A stretch of 64,000 nucleotides of DNA, taken from Amoebidium appalachense (taxonomy: Eukaryota > Protista > Ichthyosporea). The stretch covers positions 927,505-991,504 of the forward strand of contig CAVNZM010000016.1 of assembly GCA_963693365.1 (NCBI GenBank). The letters run 5' to 3'. The position numbers were made by a program, and so were the translations under genes. How positions within the stretch are numbered: the first letter of the stretch is position 1; every line of letters starts with the position of its first letter. Below the pieces are notes generated by a model. The model made no database searches, had not been told where the DNA came from, and saw only the letters and a program-made list of their open reading frames with translations. Of this stretch, positions 1-10,091 are shown in pieces.

Positions 1-170
1 ATGCCCACGATGCCCGTGGACCCGCCCCAGCCCCCACCAGGCACCAACGCGTCCAACTGGGAGTGCCGTTGCACGCTCATCAGACGTTAATCATTTCTCG
101 GAAAACCAGAGTTGGCCTGTCGATTCTTTGTTTTGTTCAGCCACACCAGCTTTTTATTTGCGCAAGAAGA

Positions 171-674
171 ATGGACTTCTCAAATGCGATTGCCTTAATC
201 ATTCTAATGCTTACTACTGGTGTGTTGATATGGGCATACATCAAGTACGAACCCAAACCTGGCGCTGGCAAAAACGACAGTACCCCTAAGCCTGGCGCTG
301 GCAAAAACGACAGTACCCCTGCAGTCGCACGGACACAGTGGTATGCTTTCGACCAAGTGGGGGACCACAGCACGGACAACACGTTTAACGACTGACAAGA
401 CTCGGTGAACTATGGGTACACGTCGGCCAGTCAGTGCATTGACCGATGCCAATCTACGAGCGGATGCGAACAGGTGGGCTATTCGCCATGGCAGGATATG
501 GACGGGAAGCGGCCAAAAGGCTATTGCTACATGAGGAAAGCCGTCAAGAAATGGCCGTTGGATGCGTGGTCAAACAAGTCCGGTGTGGCTGCATCGGAAT
601 CGCAGGTCACGTATGTGATGGCCGCACAAGTGCCGGAGAGCGAGAAGCAACATGGCAAGCTGGTTGAGTTCTAG
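171..674 (+). pseudogene. Membrane-anchored PAN/Apple-domain protein with an in-frame TGA at 393-395
   Basis: ORFs 63..395 and 405..674 are in the same frame. N-terminal TM (AIALIILMLTTGVLIWAYI), two 33-bp KPGAGKNDSTP repeats, then the PAN-like pattern QCIDRCQSTSGC...GYCYMR. Confidence 0.6.
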
Positions 675-764
675 CATGAATCAGATGAACCAATCAAAGA
701 AAGGCTGGCATTTCCATTGCCCTTTGTGTCCAGAGCTGGCTTCTTTTTTATTGTGCCCCAATGT

Positions 765-2124
765 AATGTCGCATGCGCGCTCCCGCATCCTTGACGACAT
801 GGCATCCCACATCGATTTTTCGGCGGCAGTGGCCCGCCGGGCAGCGTTCCCTCACGGGCCGGCCCTGCCCTCGGCCCCCCGCAGCGTGTCGGTGCCGAGC
901 GAGGCGCCCCCGCGTGTCGAGCCCCCGCAGCCGCCGCAGGGCCAGTGGCGCTACCACTTCGTGACGGGCGGGTCCGAGTGCCGGCCGCTGCAGGTGGAGT
1001 TTCCCGCCACCCAGTCCGTGCACGGCATCCGTGTCGAGGGCTTCAAGGCGCACAGCGTGTACGACGTGTGCGAGGGCGCAAACAGGCTGACGCTGTCGCT
1101 GTCGTACCTGGACTCGCCCGACGGCCGGCCCCCGGGCATGTGGGTGAAGGCGTCCACCGACGTGTACCTGCCTGTGGGCAACTACACCCTGGACACCCTG
1201 TGCGCCGAGCTCGAGATGCGGCTGGACGCCGCCATCGCCGCCTGCTTCAACCCCAGCTACAGCCCCGAGGAGGTGGCGGACATTTTGGAGATGTACCCGG
1301 ACACGCTGCCCTACTACGCCAGCGTCACACACACGGAGCGGTTGCGCCGGGACGCCGAGCGCAACGGCGAGGCGTGGACCAGGCACCAGGACTTTGTGTG
1401 CAAGACGCGGTGGGCGCCACGCCGGCAGGGCCCGCGCGACGAGATCGCCTTCGAGGCGCTGATGCTCTCGCAGCTGTACTACAGGGAGAACGCATGGGCG
1501 TGGCGCGAGCTGGCCAACGAGCGTGACGCCCACGGGCGCATCCAGTGGCCGTTCCACAACACGCTGTACAACCTCATGACGCGCTCGAAGCTCGCGCTGC
1601 CCGGGCGCCTGGTCATCAGCATCCACCACCGCAAGAACATGGACCCGGACACGATGAAGCACTGGCTGCCGTATGCGTCGGTGCCGACGTTCTCGCTTGA
1701 CGTGTGCCGGGGGCTCGGGAGCGTGCTGGGAATGGCGGCCGGCGCGCACGTCAGCCACAGCCTGACGGCGGGGCTGCCACCGCTGGCCCGCTACTTCGAC
1801 GGGCGAGACCATGCGGCCGTGGAGGAGGGCGACCAGCAGCTGCCGTGCCAGGGCGACAACATCCAGTGCGTGTTTGGGACGGATGCACCCCTGGGCCCGC
1901 GGGGGGCGCTCATGGTGCACGTCATGCAGGGCGAGACGAACCTGCAGGGGCGCATCATGGCGCCGGGTGTGCAGGGGGCGGCGGGCGGGGCGGTGGACGA
2001 CATGCTGGCGAGCCCGCAGATCTTGGGGACGCTGGACCAAGTCGACACGCTGCGGCTGGTGGTGGTGGACGAGACCGGGACAAGGGTGAGCGGGTGCTTC
2101 TCGGCGCTGGTCGCGGTTAAATAA
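765..2124 (+). CDS. Minor capsid/penton-like single jelly-roll protein with an inserted domain (start uncertain)
   Basis: SVHGIRVEGF, NRLTL, LPVGNYTLDTLCAEL and C-terminal DTLRLVVVDETG...FSALVAVK match the NCLDV/virophage penton-like pattern. Followed by AATAAA. Confidence 0.55.
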
Positions 2125-2151
2125 AAGAGACTCCCAGATAATTCCTGACCT

Positions 2152-2667
2152 CTACCCGCCCATAGCCGCCCTGTCAGCGGGGCGTTCAACCTGTGGGAAC
2201 CTAGGCACGAACGAGAAGGACTCGAATGTCGCGTACGCCGCACGGCGCGCCACAGCCATGCCGCAGTGACGCGCGCGCTCCTGGAACTGCTGGTAGCGGT
2301 CGGTGTACTGGGGATCGGACGACGTCTCCATGAGGAACACGCCAAACCTGTCCTCCTCCTCGTCACCGAAGAAGATGATGTTGACGACGACGGGGACCCC
2401 CTCGAGCCGCCCGACCATGAGCCAGTTGTAGTGCCCCCTCCCATGGATCATCCAGGGCTCCCGCGCCTGTGCGCTTTCGATCAAGAACAGAAACGACTCC
2501 TGCCCGGACAACACATCCTCGCACGGCAGTGTCAGCTGCAAGTAGAATGTGTTCGGCTGGCCCAGCCGTGGTATCATTTCGGCCAAATCCGAGCCGCCGT
2601 CGATAAACACCCCGTGGTCGTAATCCGCGTCCCATCCCCATGTGGCCTGTGAAGTCCCGGTTCCCAT
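2152..2667 (-). CDS. Hypothetical viral protein (about 171 aa)
   Basis: Only the 3' part of ORF 2152..3270 is not antisense to the resolvase; ATG at 2667. Confidence 0.5.
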   Translation of the reverse strand: MGTGTSQATWGWDADYDHGVFIDGGSDLAEMIPRLGQPNTFYLQLTLPCEDVLSGQESFLFLIESAQAREPWMIHGRGHYNWLMVGRLEGVPVVVNIIFFGDEEEDRFGVFLMETSSDPQYTDRYQQFQERARHCGMAVARRAAYATFESFSFVPRFPQVERPADRAAMGG

Positions 2668-2745
2668 GCCTGTGCCAACAATATTCTTGTAAACGAGTTG
2701 GGCAGGGAAGCATAAAAGGGAATCCCCCAACCCCCCACCCTCACA

Positions 2746-3318
2746 ATGCGTGTGGCCGCCATCGACGTCGGCTTCCTGAACCTGGTGGTGTGCGTGCTCA
2801 GCACCACCGACGACCCCGCCACGCCCTTCATCATCCACACGTGGGACCGCTGGCTCGTGGGCAACCCGGACACCACGGCCACGGTGCTGGTGGAGCTGCT
2901 GCTGCGCCGGCTGCACGAGGACCGCGCGCTGTTCGCGGACGTCGACATGGTCGTCATCGAGCGCCAGATGGTCACCAAGCTGAGCGTGCTGGCGCACGCG
3001 CTGCAGGCGTACTTCCTCACCCTCAGATTGACCAATGGCCACGGGCCCGGCGTGGTGCTGCAGCACGGCACGCGCAAGAACCAGTGCGGGGCGTGGCTCG
3101 CCCGCCACGGAATGGCTCCTGCGGAGACGGGCAAGGCGGCGTATGCGGTGTACAAGCGGCGTGCGGTGGTCGACACGCAGCAAGCGCTCAAGCTGCAGAG
3201 TGAGCAGGGGTGGCGGGACAAGTTTGGGCGGGAGGGCAAGAAGGACGACATGGCGGATGCGCTGCTGCACGGTCTGTGGTACCTGTTCTGTCGGAATCAG
3301 AAGGGGGGGTCACGCTGA
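2746..3318 (+). CDS. RuvC-like Holliday junction resolvase (poxvirus A22 family)
   Basis: Catalytic motifs AAIDVGFLNL, VVIERQ and KKDDMADALL. CATAAAAG upstream and AATAAA downstream. Confidence 0.9.
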   Translation: MRVAAIDVGFLNLVVCVLSTTDDPATPFIIHTWDRWLVGNPDTTATVLVELLLRRLHEDRALFADVDMVVIERQMVTKLSVLAHALQAYFLTLRLTNGHGPGVVLQHGTRKNQCGAWLARHGMAPAETGKAAYAVYKRRAVVDTQQALKLQSEQGWRDKFGREGKKDDMADALLHGLWYLFCRNQKGGSR

Positions 3319-3366
3319 AAGCAGGCGGACAGTGTTCAAAATAAAGGTGGCAATCGCCCCTGCTGC

Positions 3367-4875
3367 TCATGCGAGCACACTTGCATTCCGAGTTGTCGCT
3401 GCTGCGATCCCGATGTCTTCCACAAGCCGCTCCCCATCCCTGCGCCTCGGCAGTCCTGCGGCTTCAAGCTCGGCATCGGTCAACACGACTGTTTTCTTGG
3501 TTATTACCTCTTGTATTACCTGTGTGTACCGTGGGTCATCAAGATTCGGCTGCACCACAATTATGTCTGCTTCATGCATCTTAGCCCAGTAGAGTTCGGT
3601 CAGTTGCTTCCCGTACAGGGACAGCACGGCCCCGATTTTGTAGACTGCCCGGAATCCTCTGTCCACCTTCCCAAGCTTTGTCGTTATATGATTGCAGACC
3701 CGTTCCCCAATGGTGTTTCCATTGCCCAGTTGGGAACCCCAGTCGAAGCTTGACGTGCGCAGGAGTATGTAGACCATCAACCAGGAGGCACATGCCGAGT
3801 CGTGTATTTCGTTTCTATCGACAAGTCCCTCATACAAAACCCTTGCAACACCTTTCTGAAGGCTCTTGCATACAGATTCGTGTTGGTAGGTGCGCAGAAC
3901 TTTAGAGCTTCCAGTGTAACCGGCCCCCTCAAGGAACATACAGAGGGCGTCAGCGATTAGCCCTGCCGGGGCAGTCATGTTAAAGCACTCGACCACCTTG
4001 ACTTGCGAATCGATAATGATAACAGAAGCATGCCCTGGGCTCGACACGTACATTATATAGTAGCGCTCACGTTCTTGGCTTTTCAGCCATGAAGAGAGGT
4101 TCGACACGAATGCTTTCGAGCAGCTGAAACCCCACTTTCCTGCTGACACGGACATATTACCATTGTCCGTCACAACACCGAGTGCTGGTGTGGACTCGCG
4201 GACAGCATCACTATTATACTCTTTTTTGGGGGATGTGCCAGGGAAAAAACGAACAGATTTTGGCAGATAGGTTTGCAGCAGTACGAGCGTGTTGTCCCGA
4301 GACATGACGCCACACCCTGCCACAGCCGGTGAGGCTTCAACGGAGCCAACCCCAATCAGCTCGGTCAGTGACTTCTGAAGATCAACGAGACCGTTGTACC
4401 AGTCAAATAGAAGTGGCCACGTTTTTTGTATGTCCTCCATCATGTCCGAGGGCGTAGGTCTTCCAGGGCCAATAGCCTGTTTGTACTTTTCGGCCGTGTA
4501 GGGAGCACACTTCACCACAATCGACCCGAAAAGGTGCTTCCGCCGGTCCACGAGATACCGGCTTTTTGAATCATACCTTACAGCGAACTTGTATTCCGTA
4601 CCCGCTGTTTGACGCATACAATTAAATGACAATCTGTAGCCACCCATCCTTGCTTCAAAAACCAGAGATGTAACACAGGTCAGACAGACTGGTTCTACAT
4701 GTTTTCGAGTGCTCCACAAGTTGATGGAGAGACAGACGTCCCCCATAGCCCACTTGTATGTCTGGGTGTTGCGGGGTTTCAGATGTGCGTCTTCCAACTT
4801 GAAATGTTGGGTATTGCGTTTGACAAACTTGAAGAAGCAGTGGGGCTTTACCGACAATGTCTGTGTTGAAGCCAT
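3367..4875 (-). CDS. Ulp1/adenain-like (clan CE) cysteine protease
   Basis: GHASVIIID...VECFN...SLQ...DSACASWLMVYILLR gives the His-(Asp/Asn)-Gln-Cys order of clan CE. Confidence 0.6.
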   Translation of the reverse strand: MASTQTLSVKPHCFFKFVKRNTQHFKLEDAHLKPRNTQTYKWAMGDVCLSINLWSTRKHVEPVCLTCVTSLVFEARMGGYRLSFNCMRQTAGTEYKFAVRYDSKSRYLVDRRKHLFGSIVVKCAPYTAEKYKQAIGPGRPTPSDMMEDIQKTWPLLFDWYNGLVDLQKSLTELIGVGSVEASPAVAGCGVMSRDNTLVLLQTYLPKSVRFFPGTSPKKEYNSDAVRESTPALGVVTDNGNMSVSAGKWGFSCSKAFVSNLSSWLKSQERERYYIMYVSSPGHASVIIIDSQVKVVECFNMTAPAGLIADALCMFLEGAGYTGSSKVLRTYQHESVCKSLQKGVARVLYEGLVDRNEIHDSACASWLMVYILLRTSSFDWGSQLGNGNTIGERVCNHITTKLGKVDRGFRAVYKIGAVLSLYGKQLTELYWAKMHEADIIVVQPNLDDPRYTQVIQEVITKKTVVLTDAELEAAGLPRRRDGERLVEDIGIAAATTRNASVLA

Positions 4876-4995
4876 CTACACAACAGCCGAATTTTTCGAC
4901 ATCTGGGTGGTTCCCTGGGACAGTTTCGGATGGGTTCCCGCGCGGGGTGGGGGGGGGGATTGCGTCCATTCTGTGACCGATATATGCAAAAGAGT

Positions 4996-5385
4996 TTATA
5001 TCCCTGCTGCACCGATGCCAGCAGGCTTGACGCAGCAGAAGTCCGGCGCGCACGGCATCGACGTGGCCCTGCGCCGCTTGCACCGCAGCACCCCGCCGGT
5101 CTTGGGGTCCGGTCGGTAGAGGTTGCAGCCCACAAACTGGTTGCACGGCACGAGCGACGGATTCTGCGGCACCACCGTGCGGCACAGCCACCCGCACCCC
5201 ACCCCCGGCACCGGCACCTGCGAGCACACGGGCGCTGCGGTGGCCGTCTGCGCAGTGAGCCGTGTGCATCTGGATGGTTGGGTGAGGGTGGGTGTCGGGG
5301 TGGTTGGCGTCGGCGTCGGGAGGACCGTCACGTAGCTGGCGGCGGCGGCGGCGGCTTGTGCAAGTAGGGCAACGAGCGCGTACAT
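4996..5385 (-). CDS. Small secreted Cys-rich protein with a PT-repeat linker
   Basis: Signal-like MYALVALLAQAAAAA, then PTPTPTTPTPT, then a Cys-rich domain. Confidence 0.55.
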   Translation of the reverse strand: MYALVALLAQAAAAAASYVTVLPTPTPTTPTPTLTQPSRCTRLTAQTATAAPVCSQVPVPGVGCGWLCRTVVPQNPSLVPCNQFVGCNLYRPDPKTGGVLRCKRRRATSMPCAPDFCCVKPAGIGAAGI

Positions 5386-5492
5386 TACCGTGTGCATGGA
5401 TAATAGTTGTGGGCGCAGGGGTGTTCTTGTTTGCTGGGGGGTGGGGGGAGGTCCCAGAGCTGGTTGTGTTCTATTTATTGGGGCCTGCACAT

Positions 5493-6245
5493 ATGAACTG
5501 GCCGGTGGAAAAGAGGGTGCTGTCCAACCCGGGGGACCTGCAAGCCTTTGTCGACGACCCAACGTGGTTTCATCCCGCCCAGCCGGGCATTGCGGGTGGG
5601 GTCCAGACCCGAGCATTGGGTGTAGTCCGCATCGTCTACCCGCAGCCGCCCGAGCCCACGGACGAATTCGGCAACATTCGCAGGGGCAGAATGTCGGTGC
5701 TGACTGCCCCACTCAGGTTTGTGTGCAAGCACACGCACTTCATCGATGCCTGGTATGACCCTCCACGCGTGATGGACGATGGCCGCGCGACGGGCTTCTG
5801 GGAGTTTGCAATTGATGCGGGGCATGACTGGGTCGATGACAGGCGGCTCATGGTCACGTACAGCGCTGCACTGAATGCCTTTCAGTGGATGATGGTCTTT
5901 GACCTGGAAATCCAGCCGCCGGATTGGGCAGATATCATGCCCTCCTACACGGAGACCCCCACCTTGATCTTCGAGCGCCCGCTCCCCGGTGCCCCCACAC
6001 TCGCACAAACAGTGGCCGCTGAGCTCATCCGAAACCAGGCCGCCGTCGTGCCTGCCCCGTTCTACACGCGCGACCGCCTCTGGATCCACAGGAACTTATG
6101 GCGCGGGCTGGCGCACGTGCTGCCCGATGAGGCCATCGAGGCCGTGCTGGGCTTCGGCAACACGCTCTACGGGCTGCTCGGCATCACTCCCGGGGGCAGT
6201 GCGTACATGGGCACCACCGAGTGGCCCATCGACTACGGCGACTGA
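5493..6245 (+). CDS. Hypothetical viral protein (about 250 aa)
   Basis: Globular-looking ORF with GC3-rich codons; ATG at 5493. Confidence 0.55.
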   Translation: MNWPVEKRVLSNPGDLQAFVDDPTWFHPAQPGIAGGVQTRALGVVRIVYPQPPEPTDEFGNIRRGRMSVLTAPLRFVCKHTHFIDAWYDPPRVMDDGRATGFWEFAIDAGHDWVDDRRLMVTYSAALNAFQWMMVFDLEIQPPDWADIMPSYTETPTLIFERPLPGAPTLAQTVAAELIRNQAAVVPAPFYTRDRLWIHRNLWRGLAHVLPDEAIEAVLGFGNTLYGLLGITPGGSAYMGTTEWPIDYGD

Positions 6246-6392
6246 GGCCCTGCGCGGGGGGCTGGTGGTGCCACCACCAGGGTGGCCGGGTGGTGTAGGG
6301 GGGGGGGGGGGGGCGGGGGGAGGGGGTGACCTTTTTATGGTTCGCTGTTCTCACTTTATTGATGCTGGTTGGTGTGCCTCGGCCACTATACG

Positions 6393-7308
6393 CTACACAA
6401 CGTGCTTCGCCAGGAAGCTCACAGGGTACAGCTTGACCGTGCGCACGTCCCCGTTGACCACCATCTGTGTCGTCTCGGGCTCGCACCCCATCTCGTCACG
6501 CCAGGCCTTGCTGACCATGCGGCCGAGCGCAGAGGCGGACTTGCACTTGATGCCACGGTCGACCACGAACTTCCCCACCGTGACATAGTCGGAGAGGGTG
6601 GTGCCTTCGATGGCTCGCAGACCCTGGTTGGGGAGCAGCATGTTGGAGACCGAGTCGTTGACGAGCTGACGCATGCGCGGATCACGGTCCAGCCCCAGGC
6701 GCTCAAGCAGTGCCTCGTACTGGACGAGGTTGTCCATGGCCATCTTCTGGTTCTCCCTCTCGAGACGCGTGATCTCCGCCTCCTCCCGGCGCAGACGCAG
6801 CCTCCGCTCCTCCTCCAGCTCCTCGCGGCGGCGCTTGCGGTCAGGGGTCTCGTCCGTGCCGTTGCGGAAGAACTCGCGCTCCTCGGGGGTGCTGTTGTCG
6901 TAGCGGGCCTCGATCTCCTCGATGAGAAGCAAATCGCCAGAGAGGAGGCGCGCCATGTACTGGGCAGAAGTCTTACGGAAATCATGAGCGCGCTTGCCGG
7001 GGAGCAGGTAGATGATCTCGAGGAGGGTGCGGAAGGGGGCAACCGGGGTAAGTTTGCCAGTGCCATTGATCCGGACTTGGACACAGAGTCCCCATCTTTT
7101 CCTCGAGTTGTTTGTAGTCATCGGACAACTGAATTCGCTGCCACGACTTCTTGGCCGCTTCGTTGCTCTCCAAGATCAGCTGCAGAACATCGAGGACACT
7201 TGCCATCTTGCTGGCTTTGTCGACGCGGACCGTTGCATCCTTGAACTGGGGGAACTCCTTCCACAGAAGCGACATGTCCACCTTTGAGTTGCTCTGTCCG
7301 GTAGCCAT
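6393..7308 (-). pseudogene. Bro/KilA-like DNA-binding protein, frameshifted near 7085
   Basis: SVLDVLQLI...KSWQRI (7308 frame) continues as QVRINGTGKLTPVA...IIYLLPGKRAHDFR...LSGDLLLIEEI (6393 frame), followed by a coiled coil. TATAAAAG upstream, AATAAA downstream. Confidence 0.65.
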
Positions 7309-7469
7309 GCTGTGTCAGACTGACCCCAGGTGGCCGTGTGTGCTCCTTTTATACCTGCGCATGGCACCCTCAGTCGTGCTGAGGATAGGTTGGTGAGCAT
7401 ACTTGACTTGAAAGAACTTGTGGGATCGCCAAATCTCAAAAGCTTTTGATTTCTTCTTCGTACTGCGGC

Positions 7470-7703
7470 CCTGCGTGGGGGGCTGGGAGGGGCTGGGGGT
7501 GGCGGGGGTGCCTCGTCTGCCTCGCATGCCTCGCATGCCTCGCGCGCAGAACGGCTGTGTGCGCCGTGTGCGCGTGTGCCCGCACGCCTCGCGTGCCTCG
7601 CCTGCCTCGCGTGCCTCGCGCGGGGTGTGTTCGTGCTTCCTCTATTGTTCCTTGTGTGCCCCCCACAGCCACCCCCAGCCACCCAGGGCCCGGTGGGGGG
7701 GGG
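7470..7703 (+). repeat. Dispersed viral repeat, copy 1 (GTGCCTCGC 9-mers between inverted G-rich and C-rich arms)
   Basis: Shares GTTCCTTGTGTGCCCCCCACAGCCACCCCCAGCCACCCAGGGCCC and the 9-mer array with 8790-8971. Confidence 0.85.
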
Positions 7704-7749
7704 ATTCTCCTCGTTTGATTTGAGTGGTCGTGTCATTTTATTGCATATT

Positions 7750-9088
7750 ATGGAAATGCATGGCGCAGACCTCGCATACACAAAAGTTGTTCAAAAGTAC
7801 TCGCGTGCGGATGGTCAGAGGGACTTTGCGGGTCTTGTGCGCTGGACCCCACCACCCCTCCGAAAAGGATCACCAACTACGCAAAGCAGAGTCGGCCTGA
7901 AGGCGGCAGACGTCTACCTCGCCAAACACCGCTTCAGGGCTTCCCGTTACCGCGAGGGGGGTACACCCCGTCCCAGTGTCTATGACTGTTTGCGCACCAG
8001 GGAGGGTAGAGCAAGCCTGCTCAAGGCACAGGCCAGAAATCCAGGCCGTCACATCCAAAATGCAGCCTCCATAAACTTTGGCGTGCCTGGTCAGTTCAAG
8101 CCTGCTGTTGTCAAGCAGCTCTACTCCACCTACTGTCTCAAGGGACGCGTCCTCGACCCATGCATGGGGTGGGGCAACCGTCTGCTGGCAGCCCTGGCCA
8201 GCCCACACGTCACACACTACTACGGTGTCGACAGCAACGTCGACATGGCAGGTGCCTACCGGGATCTGCTGGCAGCATACAACACCGCAGGCAAGCGCGG
8301 GGCACAAGCGCTCCACGTGGATACAAAGTGGGCCCCGTGCGGCCGTGCACGGCAAGTTCGACTGCGCCTTCACGAGTCCACCATACTACAAAATAGAGTG
8401 CTACGCAAACATGCCAGCCTACTGCGACTACGAAGACTGGTGGGCCAGGTTCTACATCCCCATGCTTGAAAAGGTCGTGGCGCACATGGACGCGGATGGC
8501 TTTGTCCTCATCAACATACGCCAGAGCATCACCGAAAGGAGGATGTGCAGGCACATGGCAGGCCTGGGCTGGCCCCTGTACACCAAACACCGCATGCCCA
8601 TAGCCGTCCGGCCCGGCTCAGGGGTTGCTGGTAGGCTGGACTACGAGCCCATCTACGTGTTCAGGAGAAAGGGTGCCGTGTCAACTCCAGGCCGCCACAC
8701 ACATAAAATTCGCGTGCCGCCCCAACCGGGTTACCCATTGACAATCATACATCGCACTTTCGACCTTGTGTGTGCGCCCGACAATGTTGCGGCGCGTGGG
8801 GGGCTGGGGGTGGCTGGGCGGGGCTGGGGGTGGCTGGGGGCGCGGGTGCCTCGCGTGCCTCGCGTGCCTCGCGTGCGGGGTGGTTCTGGCGGTTCGTTTA
8901 TTGGTTCCTTGTGTGCCCCCCACAGCCACCCCCAGCCACCCAGGGCCCCCGGGGGGGGGGGGGGGGGGGGGTTAACTCTCAGCCAGATGATCCATCTCAT
9001 CTCGCATACCGGAACCCAGTGTGCTCTGAAGCTGGTAGCATTGAACAATTTGACTGCGGTTGTTCAACTTTGGGTGCCCAGGCCATAA
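7750..9088 (+). pseudogene. Amino (N4C/N6A) DNA methyltransferase, frameshifted at about 8300-8345
   Basis: Motif I VLDPCMGWGNRL and YYGVDSN lie in one frame; FDCAFTSPPYY..E.Y and EPIYVFR lie in another. Confidence 0.8.
8790..8971 (+). repeat. Dispersed viral repeat, copy 2
   Basis: Direct repeat of 7470-7703. Confidence 0.85.
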
Positions 9089-9685
9089 TGTCACATTTGC
9101 AATACGCACACAACTGACTTTTCCCAGCAACGATGTCATGAGCATACCAAAGCTTCGAATGGACCAGTTGGAGGTTTCCTTCGTATGATGTGGAAGCCAC
9201 ACGATGAAAAGTGAAAACAAACCCGAGGGAGTGATGTACGACCCTGGTGCGATGTTACAGTTAGCAGGCAACCATACAGCATTGCCGGAACACAATTCAT
9301 GTAAGAAACCAATGGCACACTGCTGGTTGCATTCATGCTCTGTAGGTTGCACCAACAGCCCCGTCTTCTTTGCTCTGGTGTTTCGCTCGTGGCTACACGT
9401 GACACGGATACCATGGGCTTGCAAGATCTCCACGACATACGGGAAGGTTTTCGATCGCTTGTATCCGTACAAGTGAACCCGCATTGTATGGTTCGGGTAG
9501 AAGTGGTGGTATGCCTGAACCTGCCCCATGGCTTCCTTCCATCTTGAAAACTCCTTGACCTCGATGACCTCTTGGTCGGTCAATACATCGATACGTCCTA
9601 CTGGGGTGTGGATTTCTGTACGGCCATTTTCAAGCCTTGCAAGTTCATCCCTGACAACACTCTCGGATGGTTCCCGACTAGCCAT
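8972..9685 (-). CDS. PD-(D/E)XK nuclease with a C-terminal winged-helix-like region
   Basis: EIHTPVGRIDVLTDQEVIEVK...WKEAMGQVQAY...YP..RVHL; paralogue of the ORF at 13003. Confidence 0.7.
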   Translation of the reverse strand: MASREPSESVVRDELARLENGRTEIHTPVGRIDVLTDQEVIEVKEFSRWKEAMGQVQAYHHFYPNHTMRVHLYGYKRSKTFPYVVEILQAHGIRVTCSHERNTRAKKTGLLVQPTEHECNQQCAIGFLHELCSGNAVWLPANCNIAPGSYITPSGLFSLFIVWLPHHTKETSNWSIRSFGMLMTSLLGKVSCVRIANVTLWPGHPKLNNRSQIVQCYQLQSTLGSGMRDEMDHLAES

Positions 9686-9749
9686 ATCCAGTATCTGCAC
9701 AGAAAATATCTGATCCGTCACAGTCTGAGCAACCTTCACTCACTGTTGC

Positions 9750-10072
9750 GACGAAGCTAAAGTCGCTACACACGAAGCTAAACCGAAACCATGTTTCACT
9801 AATAGAAATTGACTTTTTAGCTACTTTTTACTATGATTTAGCTTCGTTAGCTAGATTAGCTAGATAAAATGAGGTCAATCGTAGCAAAAAATAAACACAG
9901 CGGGCTGTGTGTGTGTGTGTTTATGGAGGGACCCAAAAACCATCCAGCTATCCAGCTAAAGTAGCTAAACCGTGATATTTAGCCAATCACAAACAAGAAA
10001 AAACACTTCGACCAATGAAATTGCCCGGATCTGGGTGTCGACGAAGCTACACGACGAAGCTATCAAGCTAAA
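9750..10072. promoter_or_regulatory. Cluster of AGCTA motifs with inverted arms; candidate replication origin
   Basis: About a dozen AGCT(A) motifs. 9837-9865 and 9942-9969 are imperfect reverse complements. Confidence 0.4.
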
Positions 10073-10091
10073 TCGGGTGGTTCTGGTATGG

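Noticed and set aside
393-395. Selenocysteine or alternative genetic code explanation for the in-frame stops
   Set aside because: No SECIS was identified. TGA, TAG and TAA all terminate clear genes here (MCP ends TGA, VLTF3 ends TAG).
748-2040. Long antisense ORFs (also 51468-52808, 55119-55886, 57355-58593, 58550-59329)
   Set aside because: Shadow frames of GC3-rich genes; the opposite strand or another frame carries the recognisable motifs.
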